The notes below the pieces were generated by a model that was not told where the DNA came from, made no database searches, and worked only from the letters and a program-made list of their open reading frames with translations. A program made the translations under genes and the position numbers. DNA of 64,000 bases from positions 192,001 to 256,000 of the forward strand of contig CBDDCX010000006.1 in assembly GCA_965226375.1 (NCBI GenBank). The letters are read 5' to 3'. Of this stretch, positions 1-10,164 are shown piece by piece. Position 1 is the first letter of the stretch. Each line of letters opens with the position of its first letter. Source of the DNA: Longimicrobiales bacterium (GTDB lineage Bacteria; Gemmatimonadota; Gemmatimonadetes; Longimicrobiales; Gaopeijiaceae).

Positions 1-151
1 GCAGCACGACGATCACGCATGCAGCCGGGGACCCGGGCGCGGGTCTGGACCGGCGCACCAGGCGTCGAGGTGGAGGGCTGATGATGGAGGTAGAGTCGAT
101 AGACACGTGGATCTCACCGGGTGGGTCGGCTGGAGCCGACGGTCGAGCCAT
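1..151 (-). CDS. 5' end of a gene running off the window edge (unknown product)
   Basis: ATG at 151 preceded by GAGGT; frame open to window edge (MARPSAPADPPGEIHVS...AACVIVVL). Confidence 0.35.
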   Translation of the reverse strand, partial: MARPSAPADPPGEIHVSIDSTSIISPPPRRLVRRSRPAPGSPAACVIVVL

Positions 152-232
152 AGTGCACCTCGACCGGTCGGAGAGGCAATCGGCGCTCCCGCACTCTCCT
201 GACGACCGCTCGGATGGGATCCCAGTGGGTTC

Positions 233-1603
233 CTATTGGAAGGCGACGATTCTCACGCCCTCCGGCCCGTTGTCCCAGTCCTGGACGCTGGAGATGTTGG
301 GCATACCCCAGTCGCTTCCGTTCCAGCCGTTGAAGCCGTCCATTCTGAACGCCCAGAACCCACTGTGCATGTCGCTCACCACGATGAGGCCGTCGGCGTT
401 CCTCACGTCGACGCCGAAGACCCCGTTCGCAACACCACCCCCCACGTACGGGACCACTTCGTCGTAGGTATCGTAGAAGCCCACCGTACGTGGGTTGGTG
501 GGGTCCCGCATGTTGATGATCTGGAGGCCATCCTCGTACGCAGAGACGAACACGTATGGCCAGCGGATCTCCATGTTGTGCGAGGACTTCTTCCAGTCGG
601 CGGTCCACTCGCCGATGGGCTGACGGATGACCGCGACATCACCGTCCAGGGCCGGTTTCAGGTCGTAGAAGCGGAGCGGGGCGTGGGCCAGTGACGTCAT
701 TTCGCTGATGGCGTAGCGGTGATCGGGCGTGGCCACCCAGGTGTGCCCCCCCGATTGCTGGCCGTGGACGGCAAGCTGTGTGACGAGCAGCTGCGGGTTC
801 GTGATGTCGGTAACGTCCCACACGTAGTTGCCGCCCAGGTACGTGGTCTCCGGCCCACCGCCGTAGAACTTGTCCTGACCGGTGGCCGGGTCGTACGCCA
901 CATAAGCGTCGTGGTATCCCCGGGCTGCTCCTCTAGGCTCGGGGAGCGGCATCCGCGACACGAGCCCGTAGTCCGGATCACCTTGGAGGAACAGCTCCAT
1001 GTCGTACACGTTGGCTCCATGCGGGACCGACAGAGGCGACTCAGTCGTTGCGAAGAGCAGCACCCTGCCTGTGGAGTGTTTGTACGTAAAGATATTGTGG
1101 AACCCGCCCGGCGTGTCGGGAGCACGGATGCGTCCGACCTCCCGGACGGTCGACGGATCCGGAAGTCCCGTCACGTCGAACACCACCGCTCCCAGGTCGT
1201 TGTCGGGTCCGCCTTGCCGGAAGCTCATTGACTGCACGTAATAGTAGCGCTCGTCCAGCTTGAAGTACTTGCCGTCCAAGGCGTCCCCGCGGTGCAACTC
1301 GGCATTCTCGATAAACCATGAGTAGATGAGCTTCGCGTCTTCGGGCACCGACAGATCGATAACCTGGAACCCGGGTGGGCTGAGTCGGCGCGACACGTAG
1401 GCGTAGGGCCTATCGAGGTCTTGCTCGATCTCGATGTCGGCCACGGCCAGCGCACCAGCCAGTGGAACGTGCGCGACGATCTCCATGTTGGCGCTGCCCT
1501 GCTCGCCGGGGGTGTACTGGCCGGACATCTCGGCCGGTGCAAGGACGAGAAGCGAGAGCACGCTAACGAGTGGCATCATGGCAACTGACAGCCTGGTACG
1601 CAT
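233..1603 (-). CDS. Secreted LVIVD-repeat / choice-of-anchor-B-like beta-propeller protein
   Basis: Start reassigned to ATG 1603 (GGAGGT RBS); signal peptide MRTRLSVAMM...; motifs GGFHNIF, YHDAY, GGHTW, SHN, AYEDGLQII, FGVD; paralogous to 8709-13048 genes. Confidence 0.8.
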   Translation of the reverse strand: MRTRLSVAMMPLVSVLSLLVLAPAEMSGQYTPGEQGSANMEIVAHVPLAGALAVADIEIEQDLDRPYAYVSRRLSPPGFQVIDLSVPEDAKLIYSWFIENAELHRGDALDGKYFKLDERYYYVQSMSFRQGGPDNDLGAVVFDVTGLPDPSTVREVGRIRAPDTPGGFHNIFTYKHSTGRVLLFATTESPLSVPHGANVYDMELFLQGDPDYGLVSRMPLPEPRGAARGYHDAYVAYDPATGQDKFYGGGPETTYLGGNYVWDVTDITNPQLLVTQLAVHGQQSGGHTWVATPDHRYAISEMTSLAHAPLRFYDLKPALDGDVAVIRQPIGEWTADWKKSSHNMEIRWPYVFVSAYEDGLQIINMRDPTNPRTVGFYDTYDEVVPYVGGGVANGVFGVDVRNADGLIVVSDMHSGFWAFRMDGFNGWNGSDWGMPNISSVQDWDNGPEGVRIVAFQ

Positions 1604-2098
1604 AGCAACCTCCGGACGATTGGTAGTTCTTTTGTCGTATGGCGGGCTCCGGCCAAGCCTATGGGGGCCGCAGGCCGGGCGCCAGCGTGCACTGGACCGA
1701 AGAGACGAGACGATCTGTCTCGCGCTCCGTCGAAGAGCTTCCCTGACTTCGCCATGGACTGCTTCATCGACGTCACCGCGCGCGACGTACAACATTGGTC
1801 GTATATGGACCCCTTGACTCGCTTAGCACGCCCTGCTACATAAACGTTGCCGTGGCGATGTACGATCTTTGTCGTATGTTACGTCGTGTTTAATGGTCAG
1901 ACGTGGGTCGTTCTTGTCGGTTTCCCGCCAGGCGCACGTTCGACCTGAGGTTGCTAAGCGAATTTCGTCTATGAGATCCGGCATCCTGAATGCCGGAAGG
2001 GTGATACCCGAGTGAGTTCTGCCTTACCCGGCCCACCGATATAGAAACCTGGCTTGCCATGGAGTCGGTCAAGCAGCCCATAGTGAGGATCACCATGA

Positions 2099-3067
2099 AG
2101 CTTCGCCAAGACCATCCAGGCTTACGAGTTCCTGCAGGTGGCGGTGACGCGGCGGCGCTTGGGCGCGCTGATCGCCGTCGGTACCGATCCCAATGACGAT
2201 CCGGCTGCCATCGTGTCGGAGTCGGAGTTGTACGCCCACGTTGTGAGTCTTCTGGATGAAGCCGTTTCGGACCTGACGGGCGGCGGGGCTACCTTCCCGT
2301 TCAGCTTGACCAGCGGGCTCAGCAACTTCAACACCCCTTCGACGTTCATCCCACTGAACCGAGCCCTCAAGGCTCGCACCGAGGTGTACCGCGATCAGTG
2401 GGCGTCGGCGCTCCAGGCACTGTCCGAGTCCTTCCTCGACACGGGCATGTCCCTGGACTTCGGGGCGTATCACGACTGGTCGACGAACTCCGGTGACCTG
2501 GTGAACCCGGCCAACCGTCCCGACCTGCTTTGGGCCAACACGCCCTTTCGCACTGAGGCCCAGCTCAGGATGGACGGATCGACGGACCTGAGGTTCCAGA
2601 CCAAGTTCAAGGACGTGCCGCCGTACCAGCTACTCGAGGTACAGTCGGACCTTCAGTACACGTTGTACGAGGATCCCGGTGCCCCCTTCGTGTGGGTGAA
2701 GAACGAGGAGCTGATCCTGCTCCGAGCCGAGGCGAACCTGGCGCTCGGCGATCTGGACCAGGCCCTCGTGGACATCAACTTCATCCGGGAGAATTCGGGA
2801 GGGCTGGAGCCGTTGGCGAGCCCGGGTACGGCTGCGGACCTCCTCGACGAGTTGCTGTACAACAAGCGGTTCTCCCTGGTCTTCGAGTGGGGACACACCT
2901 GGATCGACATGAACCACTACGGCAAGCTTCTGGAGATGCCGGTATTGGGCCTGCCGAGCGCGGATGTGCGTCTGCACGACGCCATGCCGTACCCGCTCAG
3001 CGAGTGCCTGCCACGGGAGCCGGACGTCCCGGCGGGGTGCACCACACAGCAGGGATTCCTGCCGTAG
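2099..3067 (+). pseudogene. RagB/SusD-family outer-membrane lipoprotein, 5'-truncated
   Basis: SusD-like motifs (NEELILLRAEA, DINFIR, LVFEWGHTWID); homology starts abruptly at FAKTIQAYEFL just after an in-frame TGA (2096-2098); no signal peptide and no susC upstream. Confidence 0.7.
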
Positions 3068-3349
3068 GGGTTGTCGCGTTCCTGAGCCGGCCGCCGGGAC
3101 CGCTCGGTCGCAGCCGGCTCGGGCCGGCTACGCACTGCTCCCTCTGGCTGGAGTCGGTCGGGGGGCGCGGTGCCGATCGCTCCTAGTTACACCCGGTCTC
3201 TGCAATTCTGTCTGGTGGCCCCGAGAGCCGAGCTCCGGAGGGTGTGTCGAGAATCGGCACACGGTCCACGAGAACGCGGGTTCCGCGGGTTCCGCGGGAT
3301 GCCGCGGTGGCTGGGGAACACCCTGGTTGGGGGGGGGCAAGTAAACATA

Positions 3350-3379
3350 TTGACACCGTTCTTCAGGGACCGTTAGCAT
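3350..3379 (+). promoter_or_regulatory. Putative sigma70-type promoter
   Basis: TTGACA-18 nt-TAGCAT upstream of 3453 gene. Confidence 0.4.
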
Positions 3380-3452
3380 AAGATGGCTTTTGTCTTCTGC
3401 GGCCTCGTAGTCGGCGAGTTTCCGCCACCCACAGCCGACCCCACGTCGTGCG

Positions 3453-3887
3453 ATGCGATCACCGATGCGGACCCTCCCAGGGACCCGGACTCCCCGAAAC
3501 GCGGCCTTCTTCGTAGCCGTTCTCCTCTTCGCGGTGGCGTTCACAGGATGCGCCTCCTCGGGACAGTCCACGGAGGAAGGGGAGGCGCCGGCCTGGGAAA
3601 CCGTGCAGAAGAGCTCTCTGCACGTCACGAACCGCAACTGGATGAACATGATGATCTACGCGGTTCGTGGCTCGGAGCGCTTCAGGCTCCTGTTCGTGAC
3701 GAGCATGCGGACGGATTCGGTTTCCATTCCCAGAAGCCTGCTCACGGGGGCCGGCTTCCGCCTCATGGCCGATCCCGTGGGCTCGGTCCGTCCCTACAGC
3801 AGCAGCAGGATCTTCCTCCGTCGAGGGCAAACCGTCTGGTGGACATTGGAGAACCAGCTCGTACAGTCCAGCCTTTGGATCTACTGA
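3453..3887 (+). CDS. Hypothetical lipoprotein
   Basis: Hydrophobic signal ending in lipobox-like AFTGC; beta-rich small domain. Confidence 0.65.
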   Translation: MRSPMRTLPGTRTPRNAAFFVAVLLFAVAFTGCASSGQSTEEGEAPAWETVQKSSLHVTNRNWMNMMIYAVRGSERFRLLFVTSMRTDSVSIPRSLLTGAGFRLMADPVGSVRPYSSSRIFLRRGQTVWWTLENQLVQSSLWIY

Positions 3888-4005
3888 GCGAGCCCATGCC
3901 GGATGAGATCGGGTTGGACTGGCCCGCTTAGCTGCGACCGCGGAGTATGAGGGTCGCTGCAGTGACCTGCAGGGGCTCTGGCGTTTCTCGTACAGGAGTA
4001 TTCAA

Positions 4006-6018
4006 ATGACGAGGACGGTAGGCGAGGTCCGACCGGGGGCGGCGAGGCGAGGGATGCTGCGGGCTTTCCTGATCACCTTGAAACCAAGCATGTTGGGAGG
4101 GCTCCTCGTCGTCGGGGGCTTGGCCTCGAGCATCACAGCCCCGGCTCATGGGCAGGAGACGCCGGACCTCCTGACCATCGACCAGCTCCTCTCTATCGGC
4201 TCGGTGATCAGTGGCTCTCCGGCGTGGTCCCCCGATGGGGAGCGCATCCTGCTCACCTCGAGCGTTACGGGGGGCCTGGCCACGCTCCCTTCCGAGGGCG
4301 GCTTCCCCACGCTGGTCCCTCTCAATACGGGTGGAGGCGGCCACTTCCTTGCATCGCAGATGCCGGGGTGGTCACCCTCCGGTCGCTGGATCTCTTATGT
4401 GTCCGACAAGAGCGGGGCACCTGAGATATGGCTCTGGTCAACGGAAGACGGGAACGAGGTACAGCTCACCGACCTCGGAGCCCGCATCAATTCCATGAGC
4501 TGGTCGCCCGACGAGCGCTGGGTCGTCTTCGCCGGCGACAGGCACGGCAACTACGACGTCTGGAAGGTGTCCGTACCCGACGGCACGGTGCACCGTCTCA
4601 CCGACGACAAGCGCTACGAGGTCTTCCCCACTTGGACCCCGGACTCCCAACGGATCCTCTATGTCCGCCTCGATGAGACCTGGGCGAACCACGATGTCAT
4701 CGAGATCGACGCCAACGGGAATGACCCCCGGGTTGTGGTCAGCGACCGGGACTTCTTCGACTATGGGGCCGGCACGAAGTTCGGCTATCCCAGTGTCTCA
4801 CCTAGCGGCGAGACCCTGCTGTTCCCGTCGCACCGGAGCGGATGGATCAACTACTGGGCCGTTCCGCGCCAAGGAGGAGCACCCCACCCGGTCGCTCCCG
4901 CGGAGGCGGACCAGAGTGAAGCCCGCTGGTCACCGGATGGCCGCTCGATCCTCTACACAGAGAACCACAACGGGCATCACGACCTGCGCGTCGTGGCTGC
5001 CGATGGAGGCGAGCCTTGGGTCGTGGTGTCGCCCGACCTGGGGCGCGTATCGAATCCGGCCTGGTCGCCGGACGGCCGGGAGATCGCCTTCACCCTGACC
5101 ACGATCACCCGTCCGCCGGACCTCTACGTAGCCCTAGCGGAGACCGGAGAAACCAGGCAGCTGACCAACTCCATGCCTGCGGGCAACTTCGAGGAGCGCC
5201 TCGTCGTTCCCGAAAAGGTCCGCTACGGCAGCACCGACGGATACGACATCTCGGCGTACCTATACGCTCCACCGGGCCTCGAGGCGGGCGAGCGTGTGCC
5301 CGCAATCCTCTGGATTCACGGAGGTCCCACCGGCCAATACCACGACACGTTCCAACAGCACGTTCAGTTCTTCGTACAGCGGGGATATGCGGTCCTTTTG
5401 CCCAACATCCGGGGCAGTGCCGGATACGGAAAGGAATTCGAGAACGGCAACAACGGCTGTTGGGGCCATTGCGACCTGGAGGACGTGGTGGCGGGGGTGG
5501 AGTACCTGAAGGGTCTGAGCTACGTAGATCCGAGCAAGATGGGGATCACCGGGACCAGCTACGGAGGCATCATGAGCATGTACGCCGTGGCGTTCGCCCC
5601 CGATGTCTTCCAGGCGGCGATCCCGGGCTCGGGATACTCGGATTGGGTCCACTTCTATAACGGTGAGAACGAGCTGCGCCACATCAAGCTCCTGGAATAC
5701 GAGCTCGGGCCGTTCGCTACCAGTGAGGACGTTTGGGCGCACAGTTCGGCCATCGACGGCGTGGCGGATGTCTCCACCCCCATCCTTCTGGTGCACGGCG
5801 TGGGGCGCTACCCCGGCTCGGACCAGTCCGAGATCTTTGCCAACGCGCTGGAGAACCACTACAAGCCCTTCCGATACGAGACGTACGAGGGGGAGACCTA
5901 CTACGTCCGAGGCAAGACAAACCGCCGCCAGATGCTGCTGGACATGCTCGACTTCTTCGATCAGTTCTTGAAGGACGGCGTGGTCACGAATGTCCGGCGG
6001 GTCACGAGCAGCAGGTAA
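4006..6018 (+). CDS. S9-family (prolyl oligopeptidase / acylaminoacyl peptidase-like) protein with TolB-like propeller; atypical triad
   Basis: Repeated WSPDG motifs, IHGGP oxyanion motif, NIRGS, GTSYGG nucleophile elbow. Confidence 0.85.
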   Translation: MTRTVGEVRPGAARRGMLRAFLITLKPSMLGGLLVVGGLASSITAPAHGQETPDLLTIDQLLSIGSVISGSPAWSPDGERILLTSSVTGGLATLPSEGGFPTLVPLNTGGGGHFLASQMPGWSPSGRWISYVSDKSGAPEIWLWSTEDGNEVQLTDLGARINSMSWSPDERWVVFAGDRHGNYDVWKVSVPDGTVHRLTDDKRYEVFPTWTPDSQRILYVRLDETWANHDVIEIDANGNDPRVVVSDRDFFDYGAGTKFGYPSVSPSGETLLFPSHRSGWINYWAVPRQGGAPHPVAPAEADQSEARWSPDGRSILYTENHNGHHDLRVVAADGGEPWVVVSPDLGRVSNPAWSPDGREIAFTLTTITRPPDLYVALAETGETRQLTNSMPAGNFEERLVVPEKVRYGSTDGYDISAYLYAPPGLEAGERVPAILWIHGGPTGQYHDTFQQHVQFFVQRGYAVLLPNIRGSAGYGKEFENGNNGCWGHCDLEDVVAGVEYLKGLSYVDPSKMGITGTSYGGIMSMYAVAFAPDVFQAAIPGSGYSDWVHFYNGENELRHIKLLEYELGPFATSEDVWAHSSAIDGVADVSTPILLVHGVGRYPGSDQSEIFANALENHYKPFRYETYEGETYYVRGKTNRRQMLLDMLDFFDQFLKDGVVTNVRRVTSSR

Positions 6019-6047
6019 TCGAAGAGGTAACCGAGGAGAACGGACCC

Positions 6048-8018
6048 ATGTCATCCAACCACAACACACTCCTGGTCTCACTCCTGTTCCTCGCTGTGGG
6101 CGCCGGAGACACATGGGCGCAGGGGCTTGAGCCCATCTCTGCGGAGGACCTCCTGGCCATGCAGTCCGCCGTGGGTGGATCACGCTCGCCCAAGTGGTCC
6201 CCCGACGGCTCCAAGATCAGCTTCATCTCGGGTGGTCGGTTGGTAGCTGTGAGCCCGGCGGGTGGCGCGCCCGTCCTGCTCACTGACAACCTTGGACTGA
6301 GCGGCGTGGGATCGTTGGGGGCCCCGCAACCCACCTGGTCACCGGACGGCAACTGGGTCGCGTACACCTCGGACAAGGGCGGGGCCCCGGACATCTGGCT
6401 CTGGTCTGTCAAGGACGCTCGGGACATCCGCTTGACAAACCTCTCGGCCCGGGCGAATGGCCTTGCGTGGTCGCCGGACGGCCGCTGGATCGCTTTTGCC
6501 GGCGATCGCTTCGGCAACATGGACATCTGGATGGTTTCAGTTCCCGGTGGGGACGTGTACCGGCTCACCCATGACACGCTGTACGAGGGGTACCCCACTT
6601 GGACCCCGGACGGGGACAGGCTCCTCTATGTCCGCATGGACGAGGAGTGGATCGGCCACGACGTCATCGAGGTCGATCCGGACGGTGGAAGGCCCAGGGT
6701 CGTCGTGTCGGATACGAACTTCTTCGACTACCGGGCGGGCCTGGCCTTCGGCGCGGCCCTCGTCTCGCCGGACGGCGACCGGGTGCTCTTCCGCTCGAAG
6801 CGAAGCGGCTGGCTGAACTTCTGGGTGACGCCTCTGAAGGGTGGAGAGCCGCGCCAGATCGCGGCGGCCGACTACGATCAGACGGGCGCCCGCTGGTCTC
6901 CCGACGGTCGCTCAATAGTCTATACCGAGAGCCGGGACGGCACCCACTCGCTCCGCGTCGTCTCGGCTGACGGCGGAGAGCCACGCGTGATCGTCGATCC
7001 CGACGTGGGTGCGGTGGGACGCCCTGAGTGGTCCCCGGACGGGGAATCCATCAGCTATACGTTCGAGACGCCCACGCGCCCGGCCGACCTCTACGTGATG
7101 TCGGTGGCATCGGGCGAGACGCGGCGGCTCACGTCTTCGTTGCCCGTGGGGCTCGAGGATCGACTCTACACTCCGGAGAAGGTGACGTATCCGAGCTCGG
7201 ATGGACTCACCATCCAGGCCTACCTGTACAGGCCTGTCAACGCGGGCCCGGGGGAGCGCGTTCCGGGCGTGATGTGGATCCACGGCGGGCCTACATCCCA
7301 GTTCGACGACCAGTTCCGCCGGCACCAGCAGGTCCACTACTTTGCCCAACGAGGATATGCGGTGCTCCTGCCCAACATCCGAGGGAGCTCAGGATACGGA
7401 CTCGAGTTCGAGGATCTGAACAACGAGTGCTGGGGCCACTGCGACCTGGAGGATGTGGTCGCCGGGGCCGAATACCTGAAGACGCTCCCGTTCGTGGATG
7501 CCGACAAGATCGGTGTGACGGGCACCAGCTACGGTGGCATCATGACCATGTCGGCCGTGGCGTTCGCTCCCGGCGTGTTCCAGGCGGCGATCTCGCTATC
7601 GGGCTACGGGGATATGACGGACTTCCACAAGACAGTTCAAGAGCTCCAGCACATCAAGCTGCTCGAGTACGAGCTGGGTCCCTATCCGGAGAATGAAGCG
7701 GTGTACCTCAAGAGCTCACCGATCTTCAAGGTGCACCAGGTGACCACACCCACCTTCGTGATCCAGGGCGAGGGGGTTGCGGCCGGCTGGCGGCTTCGCG
7801 AAGGAGAGCCACACGCGGCGTTGAACTTCGCCCGTATGCTGGACCAGCAATACAAGATCGTCCGCTACAAGGCGTATGAGGGGGAGGGCTACTACGTGTA
7901 CGGCCGGCAGAACACCATCGACAAGCTGCACGACATGGAGGACTTCTTCGAGGAGTTCCTACGCACGGACATTCGTTACCCAGGAGCGCGGATAACCGAT
8001 GTGAGCATGCGGCGTTGA
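6048..8018 (+). CDS. S9-family peptidase-like protein, tandem paralog; atypical triad
   Basis: ATG 6048 after GAGGAG; signal peptide; WSPDG repeats, IHGGP, GTSYGG. Confidence 0.85.
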   Translation: MSSNHNTLLVSLLFLAVGAGDTWAQGLEPISAEDLLAMQSAVGGSRSPKWSPDGSKISFISGGRLVAVSPAGGAPVLLTDNLGLSGVGSLGAPQPTWSPDGNWVAYTSDKGGAPDIWLWSVKDARDIRLTNLSARANGLAWSPDGRWIAFAGDRFGNMDIWMVSVPGGDVYRLTHDTLYEGYPTWTPDGDRLLYVRMDEEWIGHDVIEVDPDGGRPRVVVSDTNFFDYRAGLAFGAALVSPDGDRVLFRSKRSGWLNFWVTPLKGGEPRQIAAADYDQTGARWSPDGRSIVYTESRDGTHSLRVVSADGGEPRVIVDPDVGAVGRPEWSPDGESISYTFETPTRPADLYVMSVASGETRRLTSSLPVGLEDRLYTPEKVTYPSSDGLTIQAYLYRPVNAGPGERVPGVMWIHGGPTSQFDDQFRRHQQVHYFAQRGYAVLLPNIRGSSGYGLEFEDLNNECWGHCDLEDVVAGAEYLKTLPFVDADKIGVTGTSYGGIMTMSAVAFAPGVFQAAISLSGYGDMTDFHKTVQELQHIKLLEYELGPYPENEAVYLKSSPIFKVHQVTTPTFVIQGEGVAAGWRLREGEPHAALNFARMLDQQYKIVRYKAYEGEGYYVYGRQNTIDKLHDMEDFFEEFLRTDIRYPGARITDVSMRR

Positions 8019-8083
8019 GCCGTTGCCGACCTCACTTGTCCGCCCCCCAATTCACACCCGCCAATTCAAAAGGAGTGACAGTC

Positions 8084-8572
8084 ATGCGAAAGCTGGGCTT
8101 AGTCTTGAGCGTGTCCGTACTGTTGGCCGGGTGCGCCGGGAGCGGTGATGGGGAGCTGACGGACGCCGAGCGTGCGGCGCTTGCCGACTCCGTACGGCAG
8201 TTCGCCAACGAGATGGTCGAGACCATCGACGGTCACGATGTTGACGGCTGCATTGGGTATCACCTTCGCAGTCCCGACTGCGCCTGGGCGAGCCGCGGGG
8301 AAATCACTCCGCTCGATTCACATGATGCCTCCATGAAAGAGTACTTCCCCGGTGTCGGAAAGAACGTGCACTTCAAGCTGGGAGACAGCCGTGTGCGCGT
8401 GTTGGGCCGGAACGCCGCGGTGGCCACGTCCTTCATTCACTCGACCGATATCGGCGAGGATGGCGAGGCCACCAGTGGTCATGAGGTCTGGAGCATCGTG
8501 GTGCAGCGCATCGACGGCGAGTGGAAGGTGGTGCAGGTGCACGAGTCCTACCCGCCGCCCCCGGCCTCCTAG
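8084..8572 (+). CDS. NTF2/SnoaL-like (DUF4440-type) lipoprotein
   Basis: ATG 8084 after AAGGAG; lipobox LLAGC; C-terminal DGEWKVVQVHES typical of NTF2-like fold. Confidence 0.75.
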   Translation: MRKLGLVLSVSVLLAGCAGSGDGELTDAERAALADSVRQFANEMVETIDGHDVDGCIGYHLRSPDCAWASRGEITPLDSHDASMKEYFPGVGKNVHFKLGDSRVRVLGRNAAVATSFIHSTDIGEDGEATSGHEVWSIVVQRIDGEWKVVQVHESYPPPPAS

Positions 8573-8708
8573 CCAGCTCGGACCCTCGGAGGAGTTCTGC
8601 CTCAGCGCTTCGAGTCGTGCCCGCGCGGAAGCGCGGTCAGGTCGGCCTTTGTACCCCAATGGGCGGTTGAATATCTGTTCAAGGCTTCACGCATCCCAGG
8701 AGTGATCC

Positions 8709-10133
8709 ATGCGAAAACGCATCACACCGACTCCCATTGCGCTCACGCTATCGGCCATCGCTGTCGGCCTCATGGCTGCCAGTGCCCACGCCCAGGTGAC
8801 GTGCTTCGGCGACCCTACGTGTATTCAACCGGAGACCGGCTACCCAGTGGGCCAGCGCGGTACGCCCAACATCGAAGTCGTCTCACACATTCCGCTACCT
8901 GGGCAGCGCTTCAGCCATGCCGACATTGAGATCGAGCAGGAGCTGGATCGGCCGTTCGCCTACATCGCGCAGCGCCTCGGCGGGTCGGGCTTCTACGCGA
9001 TCGGACTCGAGGACGAGGAGCATCCCGAGGTCCTGTACCGCTACATCATCGACGACCCCGACCTGCACCTCGGCACGGGATGCGTGGACATCAAGTACGC
9101 CAAGGCGGAGGGCCGCCACTACGTGATCGTGTCCTGCCAGTTCGGGCAGGGTGGTCCGGACTTCGACCTGGGAGCGATGGTCTTCGACGTGACCGGGTTA
9201 CCGGACGGTTCCAGCGTGCGGAAGGTCGCCGACCTGCGACCGCCGGGCTTACCCGGCGGCTTTCACAACATCTTCACCTACCGACACACCAACGGCCGGT
9301 CTCTGTTGGTCGCGACCACACAGTCGAAGGACGCCTTCGTATACGACATGGCGCAGGTCGGGGCGGGCAACACGGATCCGGTGTCGATGATCGCCGTTCC
9401 CTCACCGTCGGCCACTCGCACCCGACAGTGGCACGACATGTACCTGGGCTACCTTCCCGACGCCGAGCAGGATCGCTTCTACGGCGCCGGAACGGGGGGA
9501 TTCCACGTCTTCGACATTACGGACGTGGAGAACCCCCGGCTCCTCACCTCCGTCACCGGCGTACCGGGGGTCGAGAACGGCCACACCTTCACACCCACCC
9601 CCGACGGGCGCTACGCGCTCGGCATGCCCGAGCCCACCTACCAGCACTCGCCGATCCGTTTCTTCGACCTGCAGCCGCCCGGCTCCGAGGGACAGACGCC
9701 CAACATCGTCAGGGGATCGGGGGTTGGAGCCTGGATCCCGAAGTTTGGGGGCGCGACCCACAACCACGAGATGCGATGGCCTTACGTCTTCATCTCGGCC
9801 CAAGACGACGGGCTGCAGATCGTCAACATGACCGATCCCACGCACCCCTTCACCGAAGCCTACTACCACACCCGGCAAGGCCCGAGCCTGTTCGGAGGAG
9901 AGGGTGCACTGGTGACGGGCAACGCGACTTCGGGCAACATCTACGACGGCGCCTGGGGCGTCGACATCCGGAACGCGGACGGGCTCATCGTGGTGAGCGA
10001 CCTCAACACGGGCTTCTGGGCGTTCAGGCTCGACGGCTTCAACGGCTGGAACGGGAACGACTGGGCGATGCCCAACGTCTCGAGTGCTCAATTCTGGGAT
10101 GACGGGCCCGACGTTGCGCAACGGATAAACTAG
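8709..10133 (+). CDS. Secreted LVIVD/choice-of-anchor-B-like propeller, tandem copy 1
   Basis: Signal peptide ending AHA-Q; GGFHN, WHD, NGHT, THN motifs. Confidence 0.8.
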   Translation: MRKRITPTPIALTLSAIAVGLMAASAHAQVTCFGDPTCIQPETGYPVGQRGTPNIEVVSHIPLPGQRFSHADIEIEQELDRPFAYIAQRLGGSGFYAIGLEDEEHPEVLYRYIIDDPDLHLGTGCVDIKYAKAEGRHYVIVSCQFGQGGPDFDLGAMVFDVTGLPDGSSVRKVADLRPPGLPGGFHNIFTYRHTNGRSLLVATTQSKDAFVYDMAQVGAGNTDPVSMIAVPSPSATRTRQWHDMYLGYLPDAEQDRFYGAGTGGFHVFDITDVENPRLLTSVTGVPGVENGHTFTPTPDGRYALGMPEPTYQHSPIRFFDLQPPGSEGQTPNIVRGSGVGAWIPKFGGATHNHEMRWPYVFISAQDDGLQIVNMTDPTHPFTEAYYHTRQGPSLFGGEGALVTGNATSGNIYDGAWGVDIRNADGLIVVSDLNTGFWAFRLDGFNGWNGNDWAMPNVSSAQFWDDGPDVAQRIN

Positions 10134-10164
10134 ACACCTGGTTGACAATGCTCAGGAGTGATCC

